A stretch of 64,000 bases of DNA from an uncultured Planctomycetales bacterium. Lineage in GTDB: Bacteria > Omnitrophota > Gorgyraeia > Zapsychrales > CAYRXT01. Both the position numbers and the translations under genes were made by a program. The stretch lies in assembly GCA_964428315.1 (NCBI GenBank), contig CAYRXT010000009.1:4514-68513 (forward strand). Reading direction: 5' to 3'. Shown piece after piece: positions 1 through 8,851 of this stretch (position 1 is the first letter of the stretch; each line of letters begins with the position of its first letter). The notes under the pieces are model-generated. The model worked only from the letters and a program-made list of their open reading frames with translations, was not told where the DNA came from and made no database searches.

Positions 1-1017
1 GGACAGATCCCGCGAGCGGATGTCCCGCTGGAAGGCGTTGAGCCCTTCTGGCATTACCGGAACAAGATGGAATTCTGTTTTACGGAAGACGAAAAGGGCC
101 TCCTGTGCCTGGGCGTGTTCCAGAGATTCCGCCACAATCGTACCGTTCCCGTCGAAGAGAGCGCCCTGGCCCATGAAAGGATCAATGAATGCGGGCGGGC
201 TGTTATCGGGAGGATGCGCGAAGAGGCAGTTCCCCTGGAACACCTGAAATCCGTCATATTCCGTTACAGTTATCATGACGATCAATGCCTGGCCGCCCTG
301 TTTGTCAAGGACCGCGATTTCGCGTGTTTCGACGTGGAAGCCCCTGTCCTGGCCGGATGGCAGATTGTGTATTCGGATCCGCTCTCCCCGGCGTCCAAGA
401 CGACAGAGGTCCTTCACCGCCGGGGAAGGGATACCCTTCACGAGGAGGTCGGGGGGCTTGTCCTGAAATATGTTCAGGACAGTTTTTTCCAGGTTCACGT
501 TCCGGGCTTTACGCGTCTGCTGGAATGGATCCGCCCTCTCGTCCGCGGCGGCCGCAGGCTCGTCGATCTCTACGGCGGGGTGGGCACGATAGGCCTATTC
601 CTTGCCGGGGATTTCGGCGAGGCCGTCATCATCGATAGTGATCAGAAGGCCGTGTCGGCCCTCCGCGAGAATGCCCGGTCAAACGGCGTGACCAACGTCC
701 TGGCCGCGGCCAAAACGGCGGAAAAGACGGACCTGGCACTTCTTCTCGGCGGTTGCAGCACCTTGGTCGTTGACCCTCCGCGCAGCGGCCTGCATCCCAA
801 GGTCACGCGGGCCATAATCCGGTCGGACGTCAGGCGGTTCATTTACATTTCCTGCAATCCTCTGACCCAGGCGCAGGATTTCGCTGAACTGAACAGGGCG
901 TATGACGTGATCGACTGGAGACTTTTTGATTTATATCCCCAGACGCCGCATGTGGAGAGCGTTTTGGTCATGGAAAAAAAGAGTCACCAGGTCACCAGGT
1001 CACATGTGCCCTGGTGA
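1..1017 (+). CDS. 23S rRNA (uracil-C5)-methyltransferase, RlmD/RumA/TrmA family, 3' part. The 5' end lies outside the window.
   Basis: ORF 67..1017 stays open in frame back to base 1. It carries class-I SAM methyltransferase motifs typical of the RumA/TrmA family: VVDPPRSGL, YISCNPLTQAQD and LFDLYPQTPHVESV. The last 12 codons run into a GTCACC repeat element. Confidence 0.7.
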   Translation, partial: GQIPRADVPLEGVEPFWHYRNKMEFCFTEDEKGLLCLGVFQRFRHNRTVPVEESALAHERINECGRAVIGRMREEAVPLEHLKSVIFRYSYHDDQCLAALFVKDRDFACFDVEAPVLAGWQIVYSDPLSPASKTTEVLHRRGRDTLHEEVGGLVLKYVQDSFFQVHVPGFTRLLEWIRPLVRGGRRLVDLYGGVGTIGLFLAGDFGEAVIIDSDQKAVSALRENARSNGVTNVLAAAKTAEKTDLALLLGGCSTLVVDPPRSGLHPKVTRAIIRSDVRRFIYISCNPLTQAQDFAELNRAYDVIDWRLFDLYPQTPHVESVLVMEKKSHQVTRSHVPW

Positions 1018-1054
1018 CATTGTGACGTGGCGACCTATTAAGTGAGGAGGTCCT

Positions 1055-1921
1055 ATGAAAGTATCCATTCTCGGAACAGGACTCATGGGGTTCCCCATGG
1101 CGGAGAAACTGCTCGAGGCCGGGCATTCGGTCTTCGCCTATAACCGAACCAGAGAAAAGGCATTGCCCCTGGAAGCGAAAGGGGCGCAGGTTATGCATAG
1201 CCCCGACGAGGCCGTGGGCCGGGCCGAATGCGTTGTGGTGATGGTCTCTGACGCGAAGGCCGTAGGAGATTTACTGTTCAGCGACGCTTACCGTCCGGAC
1301 CTGGCCAAAAAGACCGTCATCCAGATGAGCACCATCGGCCCTGAAGAAAGCCGGGGCTTTAACGAAAAGGTCCTTGTGGCCGGGGGCGAATATCTCGAAT
1401 GTCCCGTGCTGGGAAGCATCAGACAGGTCAGGGAAAGATCCCTGATCCTGATGTTCGGCGGCTCGTCTCAACAATTCGATCGCTGGCGCCCCTTTCTCCG
1501 GTGTTTCGGGGAGAAATGCGTGCGCGCCGGAGAAGTCGGGCAGGCCGCGGCCCTGAAGCTGGCCATGAACCAGCTGATCGCCTCGCATATCGCGGGTTTT
1601 TCCCAGAGTCTCGCCCTGGTCCAAAAATCGGGGGTAGACGTGGACGTCTTCCAGAGGGTGCTTCACGACAGCGCCCTGCACGCCCCGATGTTCGACGCCA
1701 AGCTCCCCAACCTGCTGGGGCATTCTTACGATCATCCGAATTTTCCGCTCCGTCACTTGATCAAAGACGTCAGGCTTTTCCTAGAAACGGTGGACCGCTT
1801 CGGAATCGATACGGCTCCTTCAAAGGGTATAGCAAATGTGCTGGAGAAAGCACTGGCGCAGGGGAAGTCGGGACAAGACTATAGTTGTGTGTTTGAGACA
1901 ATACAGGGTCGGGAAGAATAG
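1055..1921 (+). CDS. NAD(P)-dependent oxidoreductase, 3-hydroxyisobutyrate / 6-phosphogluconate dehydrogenase-like (HIBADH family)
   Basis: N-terminal Rossmann motif ILGTGLMG. The length and the C-terminal helical domain fit HIBADH/GarR-like proteins. An SD sequence gaggagg lies upstream. Confidence 0.65.
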   Translation: MKVSILGTGLMGFPMAEKLLEAGHSVFAYNRTREKALPLEAKGAQVMHSPDEAVGRAECVVVMVSDAKAVGDLLFSDAYRPDLAKKTVIQMSTIGPEESRGFNEKVLVAGGEYLECPVLGSIRQVRERSLILMFGGSSQQFDRWRPFLRCFGEKCVRAGEVGQAAALKLAMNQLIASHIAGFSQSLALVQKSGVDVDVFQRVLHDSALHAPMFDAKLPNLLGHSYDHPNFPLRHLIKDVRLFLETVDRFGIDTAPSKGIANVLEKALAQGKSGQDYSCVFETIQGREE

Positions 1922-1951
1922 ATACACTCTGATTTAACCGGGATTGAAACC

Positions 1952-2887
1952 ATGACCAGCCTTCCGCAAGAGTTCGTTCAGCGTCTGAAAATGATCATCC
2001 CCAGGGAATCCTTGGATGAAGTCCTGGAGTCTTTTTCCCGGCAGGGGCCGGTGGCGATCCGCGTCAATACCCTGAGGTCACACAAGGACAAAGTGTGCTT
2101 CTTTTTAAGACGGCAGAAGATGAATTATCAGCATGTCGGCTGGTACCATGACGCCCTAGTCCTGGAAAACGCCGATAAAAGGGAGCTGACCGAATCGTCC
2201 CTGGTCCAAAACGGTTTTATCTTTATTCAGAGCCTGTCCAGCATGCTTGTCCCGCTCATCCTAGATCCGAAACCGGGGGAATCCATTCTGGATATGTGCG
2301 CTGCTCCGGGCGGCAAGGCCACGCAAATGGCCGCCCTCATGCAGAACAGGGGAGACATCCTCGCCTTGGAGAGCGTCAAACCGCGTTTTTATAAGCTCAA
2401 ATCGGTGACCGGACTTCTCGACGCGCGCATTGTCGAGCCGAAACTCGTCGATGCCAGGCGTTTCAGCCGGGGCGTCAACCTCTTTGACAAGATCCTCGTT
2501 GACGCGCCGTGCAGTGCGGAAGGACGGTTCAAGACGTTTAGGCCCAAGAGCATGGGGTTCTGGAGCCCGCGGAAGATCAAAGAGATGGCAAAGAAACAGA
2601 AGGCCCTTCTCCTGAACGCCTGCCGCCTGCTGAAGCCCGGCGGCATCCTGGTCTATTCGACCTGCACCTTTGCGCCGGAAGAGAACGAGGTGATGATGGA
2701 CTGGCTGTTGAAGAACCCGCAAAACCGTATGAGGCTTTTGCGACCGGAGAATTTTCCCGTTCACACCTATCCTGCCATGACGGAATGGAACAACAAACCG
2801 CTTAATCAGGAAATCAGGAGGACGGTCCGCATCCTGCCGACCCGTGATATGGAGGGCTTCTTTATCGCCAAACTCATGAAGACATGA
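1952..2887 (+). CDS. rRNA cytosine-C5 methyltransferase, NOL1/NOP2/Sun family (RsmB/RsmF-like)
   Basis: Motifs DMCAAPGGK, DAPCSAEG and the catalytic TCT in YSTCTFAPEENE. Confidence 0.75.
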   Translation: MTSLPQEFVQRLKMIIPRESLDEVLESFSRQGPVAIRVNTLRSHKDKVCFFLRRQKMNYQHVGWYHDALVLENADKRELTESSLVQNGFIFIQSLSSMLVPLILDPKPGESILDMCAAPGGKATQMAALMQNRGDILALESVKPRFYKLKSVTGLLDARIVEPKLVDARRFSRGVNLFDKILVDAPCSAEGRFKTFRPKSMGFWSPRKIKEMAKKQKALLLNACRLLKPGGILVYSTCTFAPEENEVMMDWLLKNPQNRMRLLRPENFPVHTYPAMTEWNNKPLNQEIRRTVRILPTRDMEGFFIAKLMKT

Positions 2888-2901
2888 CCGCGCCATAAGT
2901 G

Positions 2902-2929
2902 TTGACAAAAGACCCAGTCTTTTTATAAT
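2902..2929 (+). promoter_or_regulatory. Consensus sigma70 promoter upstream of metE: TTGACA, a 16 nt spacer, then TATAAT
   Basis: Both hexamers are exact consensus matches, read directly from the sequence. A 6 bp hairpin (GGACCG..CGGTCC) sits in the ~70 nt leader. Confidence 0.55.
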
Positions 2930-3000
2930 AAATCCAATTCATGGACCGGACTTCAAGGATTTTTGGCGGTCCTCCGACTGAATAATGAAAGGAGCTTTCT

Positions 3001-5151
3001 GTGAAAACCTATGCTTACGGATTTCCCCGGCTGGGCTTAAAAAGAGAATACAAAAAGTCTATCGAGGCCTTCTGGAAGGGTGACGCTTCCGAATCGCAGA
3101 CAAGGTCAGCCCTGGATCAGCTGCAGGAATCGATGCTGGACGCATACAAGGGCGCGGCGGACATGTTTCCCGTGGGGGAGATGACCGGCTATGACAACAT
3201 GTTCGATACCGCCATCATGGTGGGCCTTTACAAACCCAATAACCTCAAGGATTACTACGAGCTTTGCCGGGGTAAAAACGCGCTGGAGATGACCAAGTGG
3301 TTCAACACCAATTACCATTACCTTGTGCCCGACTTTTCCCGGTTCGAGGACGTCGAATTTTCACCGCAATGGAACAAGGCTAAAGAATACCTGGACAAAT
3401 TCAAAAAGGGCATACCCTATTTCATCGGTCCGTTCACTTTTTTAAAATTGAGCAAGGGGCTCTCCGGCGGACAGTTTAAGACCTGTCTTGAGCAATTGAC
3501 CGCCGTTTACAAAGAGCTCATATCCGGCCTGCCGGAGGTGCATTTTGACGAGCCGGCCTTTGTCCTTGAACTCGACAGAGACGAGATCGAACAGGTCAAG
3601 GAGGCTTACCGGCAGTTTGAGGGGATCGAGACAAAGATCCATCTTTTCACGTACTACGACAGCGTCGATTGCCTTAAGGATCTCTACGATCTTCCGGTGG
3701 CCTCCATCGGGCTGGATTTCGTCCATGGCCATAAGAATATCCAGGGGATTAAAGAAAACGGGTTCCCCAATGACAAGACGCTGATCGCGGGGGTGGTTGA
3801 CGGCCGCAACGTCTGGAAGACCGATATCCGTTCGGCGGTGGCGGTCCTGCGTGAGCTCTCCGACAAGGTGGACTCCCTTGCCGTCTCCAACGCCGGCCCC
3901 TTGTTCCATCTGCCCATCACAACACAGGGAGAAGAACTGGACGAGAAGCTCCTCGCCCGTCTTTCTTTCGCCAGGGAAAAACTCGATGAAATCCGCTCGG
4001 TCGCTCAGGCTTACGACAGCGGCGAGGGCGGGGCTTCTGTCCCGAAGGACGGATTCGGCCGCAATCAGACGGTCCAGGAGAGGATTACGAAGCTCAAAGA
4101 GGACGATTTCCAGAAGGGTATTCCCGTCGAAGAGCGGCGAAAAAAACATGACGAAATCCTGAAACTCCCGCTTTTTCCGACCACCACCATTGGCAGTTAC
4201 CCGCAGACACCCGAGGTGCGCAAAGCGCGCGCCGATTTCCGAAAGGGCAGGATGTCGGCCGAGGACTACTCCTCTTTTGTCGAAAAGAAAATCAGGGAAC
4301 TGGTCGCCTTCCAGGAAGAGACCGGTCTGGACGTGCTCGTTCACGGTGAATTCGAACGGACCGATATGGTGGAGTTTTTCGCCGAAAAGATGGAGGGGAT
4401 CGCGACGACGAAAAACGGATGGATCATCTCCTACGGGACCCGCGGATACCGTCCTCCGATCATTTTCGGGGACGTGGCGCGGCCGGAACCCATGACCATC
4501 AAGGAGATCCAGTTTGCCCAGTCGCTGACGAACAAACCCGTCAAGGGCATGCTCACCGGGGCGGTGACGATTATCGCCTGGAGCTTCGTGCGCGAGGATA
4601 TCCCGATCCGGGACGTGTCCTTCCAGATCGGACTGGCCCTGCGTGATGAGATCCGGGATTATGAAAAGGCGGGCATAAGGATCGTTCAGGTGGACGAGCC
4701 TGCCATCCGCGAGAGGGCCCCGATCAAGAAAAAGGACTGGCCGCATTATTTTGACTGGGCCATCAAATCCTTCCGGCTCGCCACGAACACCGACCCCAAA
4801 ACCCAGATCCACACGCATATGTGCTATTCGGAGTTCGGTGAGATCGTCGAGCAGATCGACGCGATGGACTTCGACGTGATTTCGATCGAAACCACCCGCA
4901 GCCGGGGCGATATCATCGAGAGTTTCGAAAAGATCGATTTCAAGAAACAGATCGGACTGGGCGTCTGGGACATCCATTCCCCGGCGGTCCCTTCCGTCAA
5001 GGACATGAAGGAGGTTGTGGAGAGGGCCCTGCGGGTTATCCCAAAAGAGAATTTCTGGATCAATCCCGACTGCGGGCTGAAGACACGGAACTGGGAAGAG
5101 ACGAAACAGTCTCTGAAGAACCTCGTGGATCTCAGCCGTCAGCTGCGCTGA
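3001..5151 (+). CDS. metE: 5-methyltetrahydropteroyltriglutamate--homocysteine methyltransferase (cobalamin-independent methionine synthase)
   Basis: 716 aa. The N-terminal YGFPRLGLKRE motif is characteristic of MetE, and the two-domain length fits. GTG start with SD aaaggag. Confidence 0.9.
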   Translation: MKTYAYGFPRLGLKREYKKSIEAFWKGDASESQTRSALDQLQESMLDAYKGAADMFPVGEMTGYDNMFDTAIMVGLYKPNNLKDYYELCRGKNALEMTKWFNTNYHYLVPDFSRFEDVEFSPQWNKAKEYLDKFKKGIPYFIGPFTFLKLSKGLSGGQFKTCLEQLTAVYKELISGLPEVHFDEPAFVLELDRDEIEQVKEAYRQFEGIETKIHLFTYYDSVDCLKDLYDLPVASIGLDFVHGHKNIQGIKENGFPNDKTLIAGVVDGRNVWKTDIRSAVAVLRELSDKVDSLAVSNAGPLFHLPITTQGEELDEKLLARLSFAREKLDEIRSVAQAYDSGEGGASVPKDGFGRNQTVQERITKLKEDDFQKGIPVEERRKKHDEILKLPLFPTTTIGSYPQTPEVRKARADFRKGRMSAEDYSSFVEKKIRELVAFQEETGLDVLVHGEFERTDMVEFFAEKMEGIATTKNGWIISYGTRGYRPPIIFGDVARPEPMTIKEIQFAQSLTNKPVKGMLTGAVTIIAWSFVREDIPIRDVSFQIGLALRDEIRDYEKAGIRIVQVDEPAIRERAPIKKKDWPHYFDWAIKSFRLATNTDPKTQIHTHMCYSEFGEIVEQIDAMDFDVISIETTRSRGDIIESFEKIDFKKQIGLGVWDIHSPAVPSVKDMKEVVERALRVIPKENFWINPDCGLKTRNWEETKQSLKNLVDLSRQLR

Positions 5152-5176
5152 AGTCGGGGGGCCGGCCCCTTATCAG

Positions 5177-5851
5177 ATGTATCTTACAGGCCATATCTTC
5201 GATTATTTTCTCGTCTACTGGGCGGGTGTGCTCGTCAGCTTTACACCCTGCATCTATCCTGTCTTACCGATCACGGCCGGATTTATCGCGGGCGTGAACA
5301 CCCGCGGCACAAAGCTGATGGGATTCATCATCTCGCTGGTTTATGTGCTGGGGATCGCCGTCACCTACTGCGCACTGGCTGTCTTTGCCACTTTGAGCGG
5401 ATCGGTGTTCGGACAGTGGCAGAACCAACCGGCGGTGTATTTCGCCGTGGCCAACATACTGCTTTTTTTCGCGCTGGCCATGCTGGACGTTGTCCCCTTG
5501 CCGAGCCTGGGCATTAACGCGCAGAGCCGGGCGCGGCCGAGAACCCTTTGGGCGGTCCTGGCGATGGGGCTCGCCGCCGGATTGGTCATAGGCCCCTGCA
5601 CCGCGCCCGTCTTGGGCACCCTTCTCTTGTATGTGGCCGCGAAGAACAATCTTGTCCACGGGGTGAGCCTGCTTTTTGTTTTTTCCTATGGCGTCGGCAC
5701 TTCGCTGATCCTGGTGGGGACCTTCAGCGGTCTCCTGGCGAATCTGCCCCGGTCGGGGCCTTGGCTGTTCCGTATAAAGCGTTTTTGCGGCTTTGTGCTT
5801 TTGTTCGCGGCTGAATATTTTTTGATCATGGCCGGGCGCATGATTCTGTAA
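5177..5851 (+). CDS. ccdA: Cytochrome c-type biogenesis protein CcdA / DsbD transmembrane-domain protein
   Basis: Polytopic membrane protein carrying the two conserved Cys motifs TPCIYPVLP and GPCTAPVLG. Confidence 0.8.
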   Translation: MYLTGHIFDYFLVYWAGVLVSFTPCIYPVLPITAGFIAGVNTRGTKLMGFIISLVYVLGIAVTYCALAVFATLSGSVFGQWQNQPAVYFAVANILLFFALAMLDVVPLPSLGINAQSRARPRTLWAVLAMGLAAGLVIGPCTAPVLGTLLLYVAAKNNLVHGVSLLFVFSYGVGTSLILVGTFSGLLANLPRSGPWLFRIKRFCGFVLLFAAEYFLIMAGRMIL

Positions 5852-5875
5852 AATGTCAAGGAAGAGGAGTGTTCT

Positions 5876-6865
5876 ATGAGGAGAGCTTATTTTAACGGAA
5901 AGACAGCGGCCGCGGCCGGCTTATTTTTGTTTTTAATGATATGTCCGGCGTGTGCTCAGGTCCCGGACTCGCCGCGTGAGGTAGAATTCCAGTATTTGGT
6001 ACATATCAAAGGGATTCCCGAGGATGCCCGGAATGTGCGCGTCTGGTTCCCTGTCGTGCAGAACACCCCCCTGCAGGATGTGCGGCGTTTTGAGATCAAC
6101 CCCGAGGAAGGCCCCCGGATGACCAGCGATGACAGATTCGGGAATGAAATGATTTACCTGGACACCGCCACTCCGGAAACAAAGGATCTTCAGATCTTCG
6201 CCCGCTACCAGGTCAAGAGGTCGGCTTTTGTCAACCGGCCGGACAATCCGTACGCGCGGAATGAAAAAGGCCGTGAGGATTTGAAAAGATTTCTTCTCCC
6301 CGACCGGCTTGTTCCGGTTAACGCGGAAACGCGCCAGCTGGCCTCGCTCGTCACCGGGGGGAAGACAACGTCATGGGACAAGGCCAGGGCCATATACGAT
6401 TATGTGATTGAACACACGGAGTTCAGCCGGAAGGTCCCGGGTTGGGGTTACGGCAACGCGGAGAGGATCATCCTTTTAAAGACAGGCGACTCCACGGATT
6501 TTCATTCTTTGTTTATCGCTCTTTGCCGGTCCAGCGGTATCCCCGCCAAATTCATTATCGGTGTCGATCTGCCCACGCGGGAGCGCGAGTTCATATCGAG
6601 CTATTACGCCTGGGCTGAATTTCATGATGAGACCCTGGGGTGGGTTCCGGTGGATATCGCCCGGGCCAAGGCGACCGGCCAAGAGGACGCCTTTTTCGGG
6701 GCCGTCGATGCCAACCGGCTGCAGCTCAGCCACGGCCGGGATATCCGGCTCGAGCCCGAGCCGGAGGGCGGGCCGCTGAATTTCTTTGTTTATCCCTATG
6801 TCGAGGTCGACGGCCGATTGCACAGGGACCTCACCGTCACGCTCAAGCACAAAGATATCCCCTGA
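5876..6865 (+). CDS. Transglutaminase-like cysteine protease superfamily protein, secreted
   Basis: Signal peptide. Transglutaminase core with the Cys in STDFHSLFIALCRSSGIPA, followed by YAWAEFHDE and WVPVD, which would form a Cys-His-Asp triad. Confidence 0.7.
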   Translation: MRRAYFNGKTAAAAGLFLFLMICPACAQVPDSPREVEFQYLVHIKGIPEDARNVRVWFPVVQNTPLQDVRRFEINPEEGPRMTSDDRFGNEMIYLDTATPETKDLQIFARYQVKRSAFVNRPDNPYARNEKGREDLKRFLLPDRLVPVNAETRQLASLVTGGKTTSWDKARAIYDYVIEHTEFSRKVPGWGYGNAERIILLKTGDSTDFHSLFIALCRSSGIPAKFIIGVDLPTREREFISSYYAWAEFHDETLGWVPVDIARAKATGQEDAFFGAVDANRLQLSHGRDIRLEPEPEGGPLNFFVYPYVEVDGRLHRDLTVTLKHKDIP

Positions 6866-6889
6866 TCCGCGCGCCGGCGGCTTTTTTAC

Positions 6890-6918
6890 TTGACATACCC
6901 CCCAGGGGTATGTTACCC
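6890..6918 (+). promoter_or_regulatory. csoR promoter with a CsoR-type operator palindrome in the spacer. TTGACA at 6890-6895, palindrome ACATACCCCCAGGGGTATGT at 6893-6912, and a -10-like TACCCT at 6913-6918.
   Basis: A 20 bp inverted repeat with 9 bp arms, of the ATACCC..GGGTAT type described for CsoR operators. It lies 28 bp upstream of the csoR start. Confidence 0.6.
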
Positions 6919-6939
6919 TTTCCCTTAGTGAGGTGAATC

Positions 6940-7224
6940 ATGCGCACGCATCCGGATCATAAAGCCAGTCTTGACGCACTGCGTCGCATCGAAGGTCAGG
7001 TGCGGGGCATTCAGAAGATGGTCGAGTCCAAGCGTTATTGCGTGGACATCCTCACACAGTTAAGCGCGGCCCATTCGGCCATCCTGCGCGTCCAGGACAG
7101 TATTCTGGAAAAGCATCTCGATCATTGCGTGAAGAACGCCATCGCCGGAAAATCCGGCCGTGACCGCCAGCAAAAGATCAATGAAATATTCGGCCTTTTA
7201 AAAAGGTTCAGAAAAAATGGATGA
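6940..7224 (+). CDS. csoR: CsoR/RcnR/FrmR-family metal-sensing transcriptional repressor (DUF156)
   Basis: 94 aa. The Cys in YCVDILTQ and the His/Cys pair in LDHCVKNAI sit at the positions of the CsoR copper ligands. Confidence 0.8.
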   Translation: MRTHPDHKASLDALRRIEGQVRGIQKMVESKRYCVDILTQLSAAHSAILRVQDSILEKHLDHCVKNAIAGKSGRDRQQKINEIFGLLKRFRKNG

Positions 7225-7627
7225 TTTCCGAAAATTCAGCCCGTTGATGGTTATTGTCCTGGCCGGCCTTTTCGGCCTCTCGACGGTTTTCTGTTGCTGC
7301 TGGGGAGACATGGCCGAGACGGCTGCGCAGAGAGAGGCAGGCTGTTGCCGTGCCGGTTCCGGGGGCTTCTTTAGCGCCGATTCCCCGGAGATTATGTCCT
7401 CCGGCCGCAACGAGGCCTCTTGCTATTGCCATGACAACAAGGGTATAGCCCTCGAAAGTCAAGAATCCTCTTTTAAGCACTCTCAGGCTGATACCGGTCA
7501 TTTCTGTGTCGCGTCTTTGAAGACTGTCACGGATGACTGTTTTTCCGCTTGTTCTGTCCCGGGTTTCCGGAATCTTGCGGGTTCTCCGACCCGTCTTTTC
7601 CTGCAATTCTCCACACTGCGCCTCTAG
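7217..7627 (+). CDS. Hypothetical Cys-rich membrane-anchored protein, overlapping csoR by 8 nt
   Basis: 136 aa with one N-terminal TM helix and 11 Cys, including CCCW, GCC and CYCH clusters. I recognise no known family. Whether it is real coding sequence is uncertain. Confidence 0.4.
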   Translation: MDDFRKFSPLMVIVLAGLFGLSTVFCCCWGDMAETAAQREAGCCRAGSGGFFSADSPEIMSSGRNEASCYCHDNKGIALESQESSFKHSQADTGHFCVASLKTVTDDCFSACSVPGFRNLAGSPTRLFLQFSTLRL

Positions 7628-7695
7628 TATTTCTCTGCAAAACATGCCAGTTTGTCAAGCCGCATAGTTTGTTACCGTTGAACAAAGGTGGATCC

Positions 7696-8160
7696 ATGTT
7701 TAAGTTGAAAAATATCATCCTGTTTTTGGGTGTTTTCATTATCCTCGTAGCGTCGGTCTCTGAAGCCCGATCCCAGGAGTTAGAGGCGTTCGTGCGGCGG
7801 GCGCTGGATGAAAACCCCCGCATCGAGGCCGCCTATCAGCAATGGCAGGCCCAAATTCATAAAGTCACCCAGGAGGGCGCCTTTCCTGATCCGAAGGCCT
7901 CTTACGGGTATTTCGGGGAATACATAGAAACCAGGACCGGTCCGCAGGAAGAGAAATACGGCGTGTCACAAAGGGTCCCCTTCCCGGGTAAGCTCACCCT
8001 CAAAAGGAGAATACAGGAGAAGGTGGCCTTAGCGGCCGGATTGAAGTATGAGAGCGTCCGCCGGGAAGTGGTCAAGGATGTGAAACGCGTTTATTACGAA
8101 CTCTTCTGGATCGACAGGGCCATTGAGATAACGGAAGAGAAGATTAACTTGGACCTATAA
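7696..8160 (+). pseudogene. Truncated outer-membrane efflux protein, TolC/CusC/CzcC family. Only the N-terminal ~150 aa remain.
   Basis: Signal peptide followed by typical OMF N-terminal sequence (LEAFVRRALDENPRIEAAYQQWQA.., VPFPGKL). The ORF stops after 154 aa, whereas full-length OMFs are about 420-460 aa. No RND or MFP partner genes are present. Confidence 0.6.
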
Positions 8161-8264
8161 CCGAATGGTCACCATAGGGCATTGACCCTAGATAGGAGAA
8201 TGGTGTTCGCCGACTCATAATTCTACTCCAAACAGTAAAACCGGAAAATAGGAGGAGGGACAAC

Positions 8265-8624
8265 ATGAAGATCAGAACGTTTTTACTGTCCATGACGATT
8301 TTTGCGCTGGCTGCGGGTTTGGCTTACGCTGACTGCGGTATGTGCGGCGCCGGGACCAAAGCGGAGGGTCATGAGCATAAGGCAGCCGCAACCGAGCAGG
8401 GCCTTGTCAAAGTGAATAATGCGATCTGTCCGGTCAGCGGACAAAAAGTCGGCGAGATGGGGGAGGCCTTTCATGTGTCTTATCAGGGGAAGGTCTACAA
8501 TCTCTGCTGCGCGATGTGCAAAAAGGATTTCTTGGAAGATCCGGAGAAATACAGCGCGATCGCCGAGGAATCCGCTCAGAAAATGAAGCAAGAAAAGGAA
8601 ACGGAGGGCGCAGACAGGCGTTAA
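8265..8624 (+). CDS. Secreted YHS/TRASH-like metal-binding domain protein
   Basis: Signal peptide, then CGMCGAG and EGHEHK, then a YHS-like segment CPVSGQKV..YQGKVYNLCCAMCKKDFLEDPEKY. Confidence 0.6.
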   Translation: MKIRTFLLSMTIFALAAGLAYADCGMCGAGTKAEGHEHKAAATEQGLVKVNNAICPVSGQKVGEMGEAFHVSYQGKVYNLCCAMCKKDFLEDPEKYSAIAEESAQKMKQEKETEGADRR

Positions 8625-8766
8625 TCCGCGATGCGTTTTGCATCGACGGATGAATGACGTTGTGTTTGTCAGGCGGCACCGGGCCTGTCCAGGTTTCCGG
8701 GACTATCCGTCTGGATGAGGGGGGAAACCCGGGAAAAGAGCGGCGGGCAATCTTTGCCTTTTTCTG

Positions 8767-8795
8767 TTAACACTTTCCGCAGGCCGCGTTATAAT
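8767..8795 (+). promoter_or_regulatory. Putative sigma70 promoter: TTAACA, a 17 nt spacer, then TATAAT. It would drive the response-regulator/dsbD operon.
   Basis: Hexamers and spacing read directly from the sequence, about 55 nt upstream of the 8852 start codon. Confidence 0.45.
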
Positions 8796-8851
8796 ACTCC
8801 TCGCAAGAGTAGCGAACAACCCGTTATTGCGGATGGGAAAAGGAGCGAGAC

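Noticed and set aside
2930-3000. A possible SAM, cobalamin or T-box riboswitch upstream of metE
   Set aside because: The leader is only about 70 nt with a single short hairpin. That is too short and lacks the conserved motifs.
3442-4977. 511 aa ORF on the minus strand
   Set aside because: It is entirely antisense to metE, which has unmistakable homology. High-GC antisense ORFs are expected by chance.
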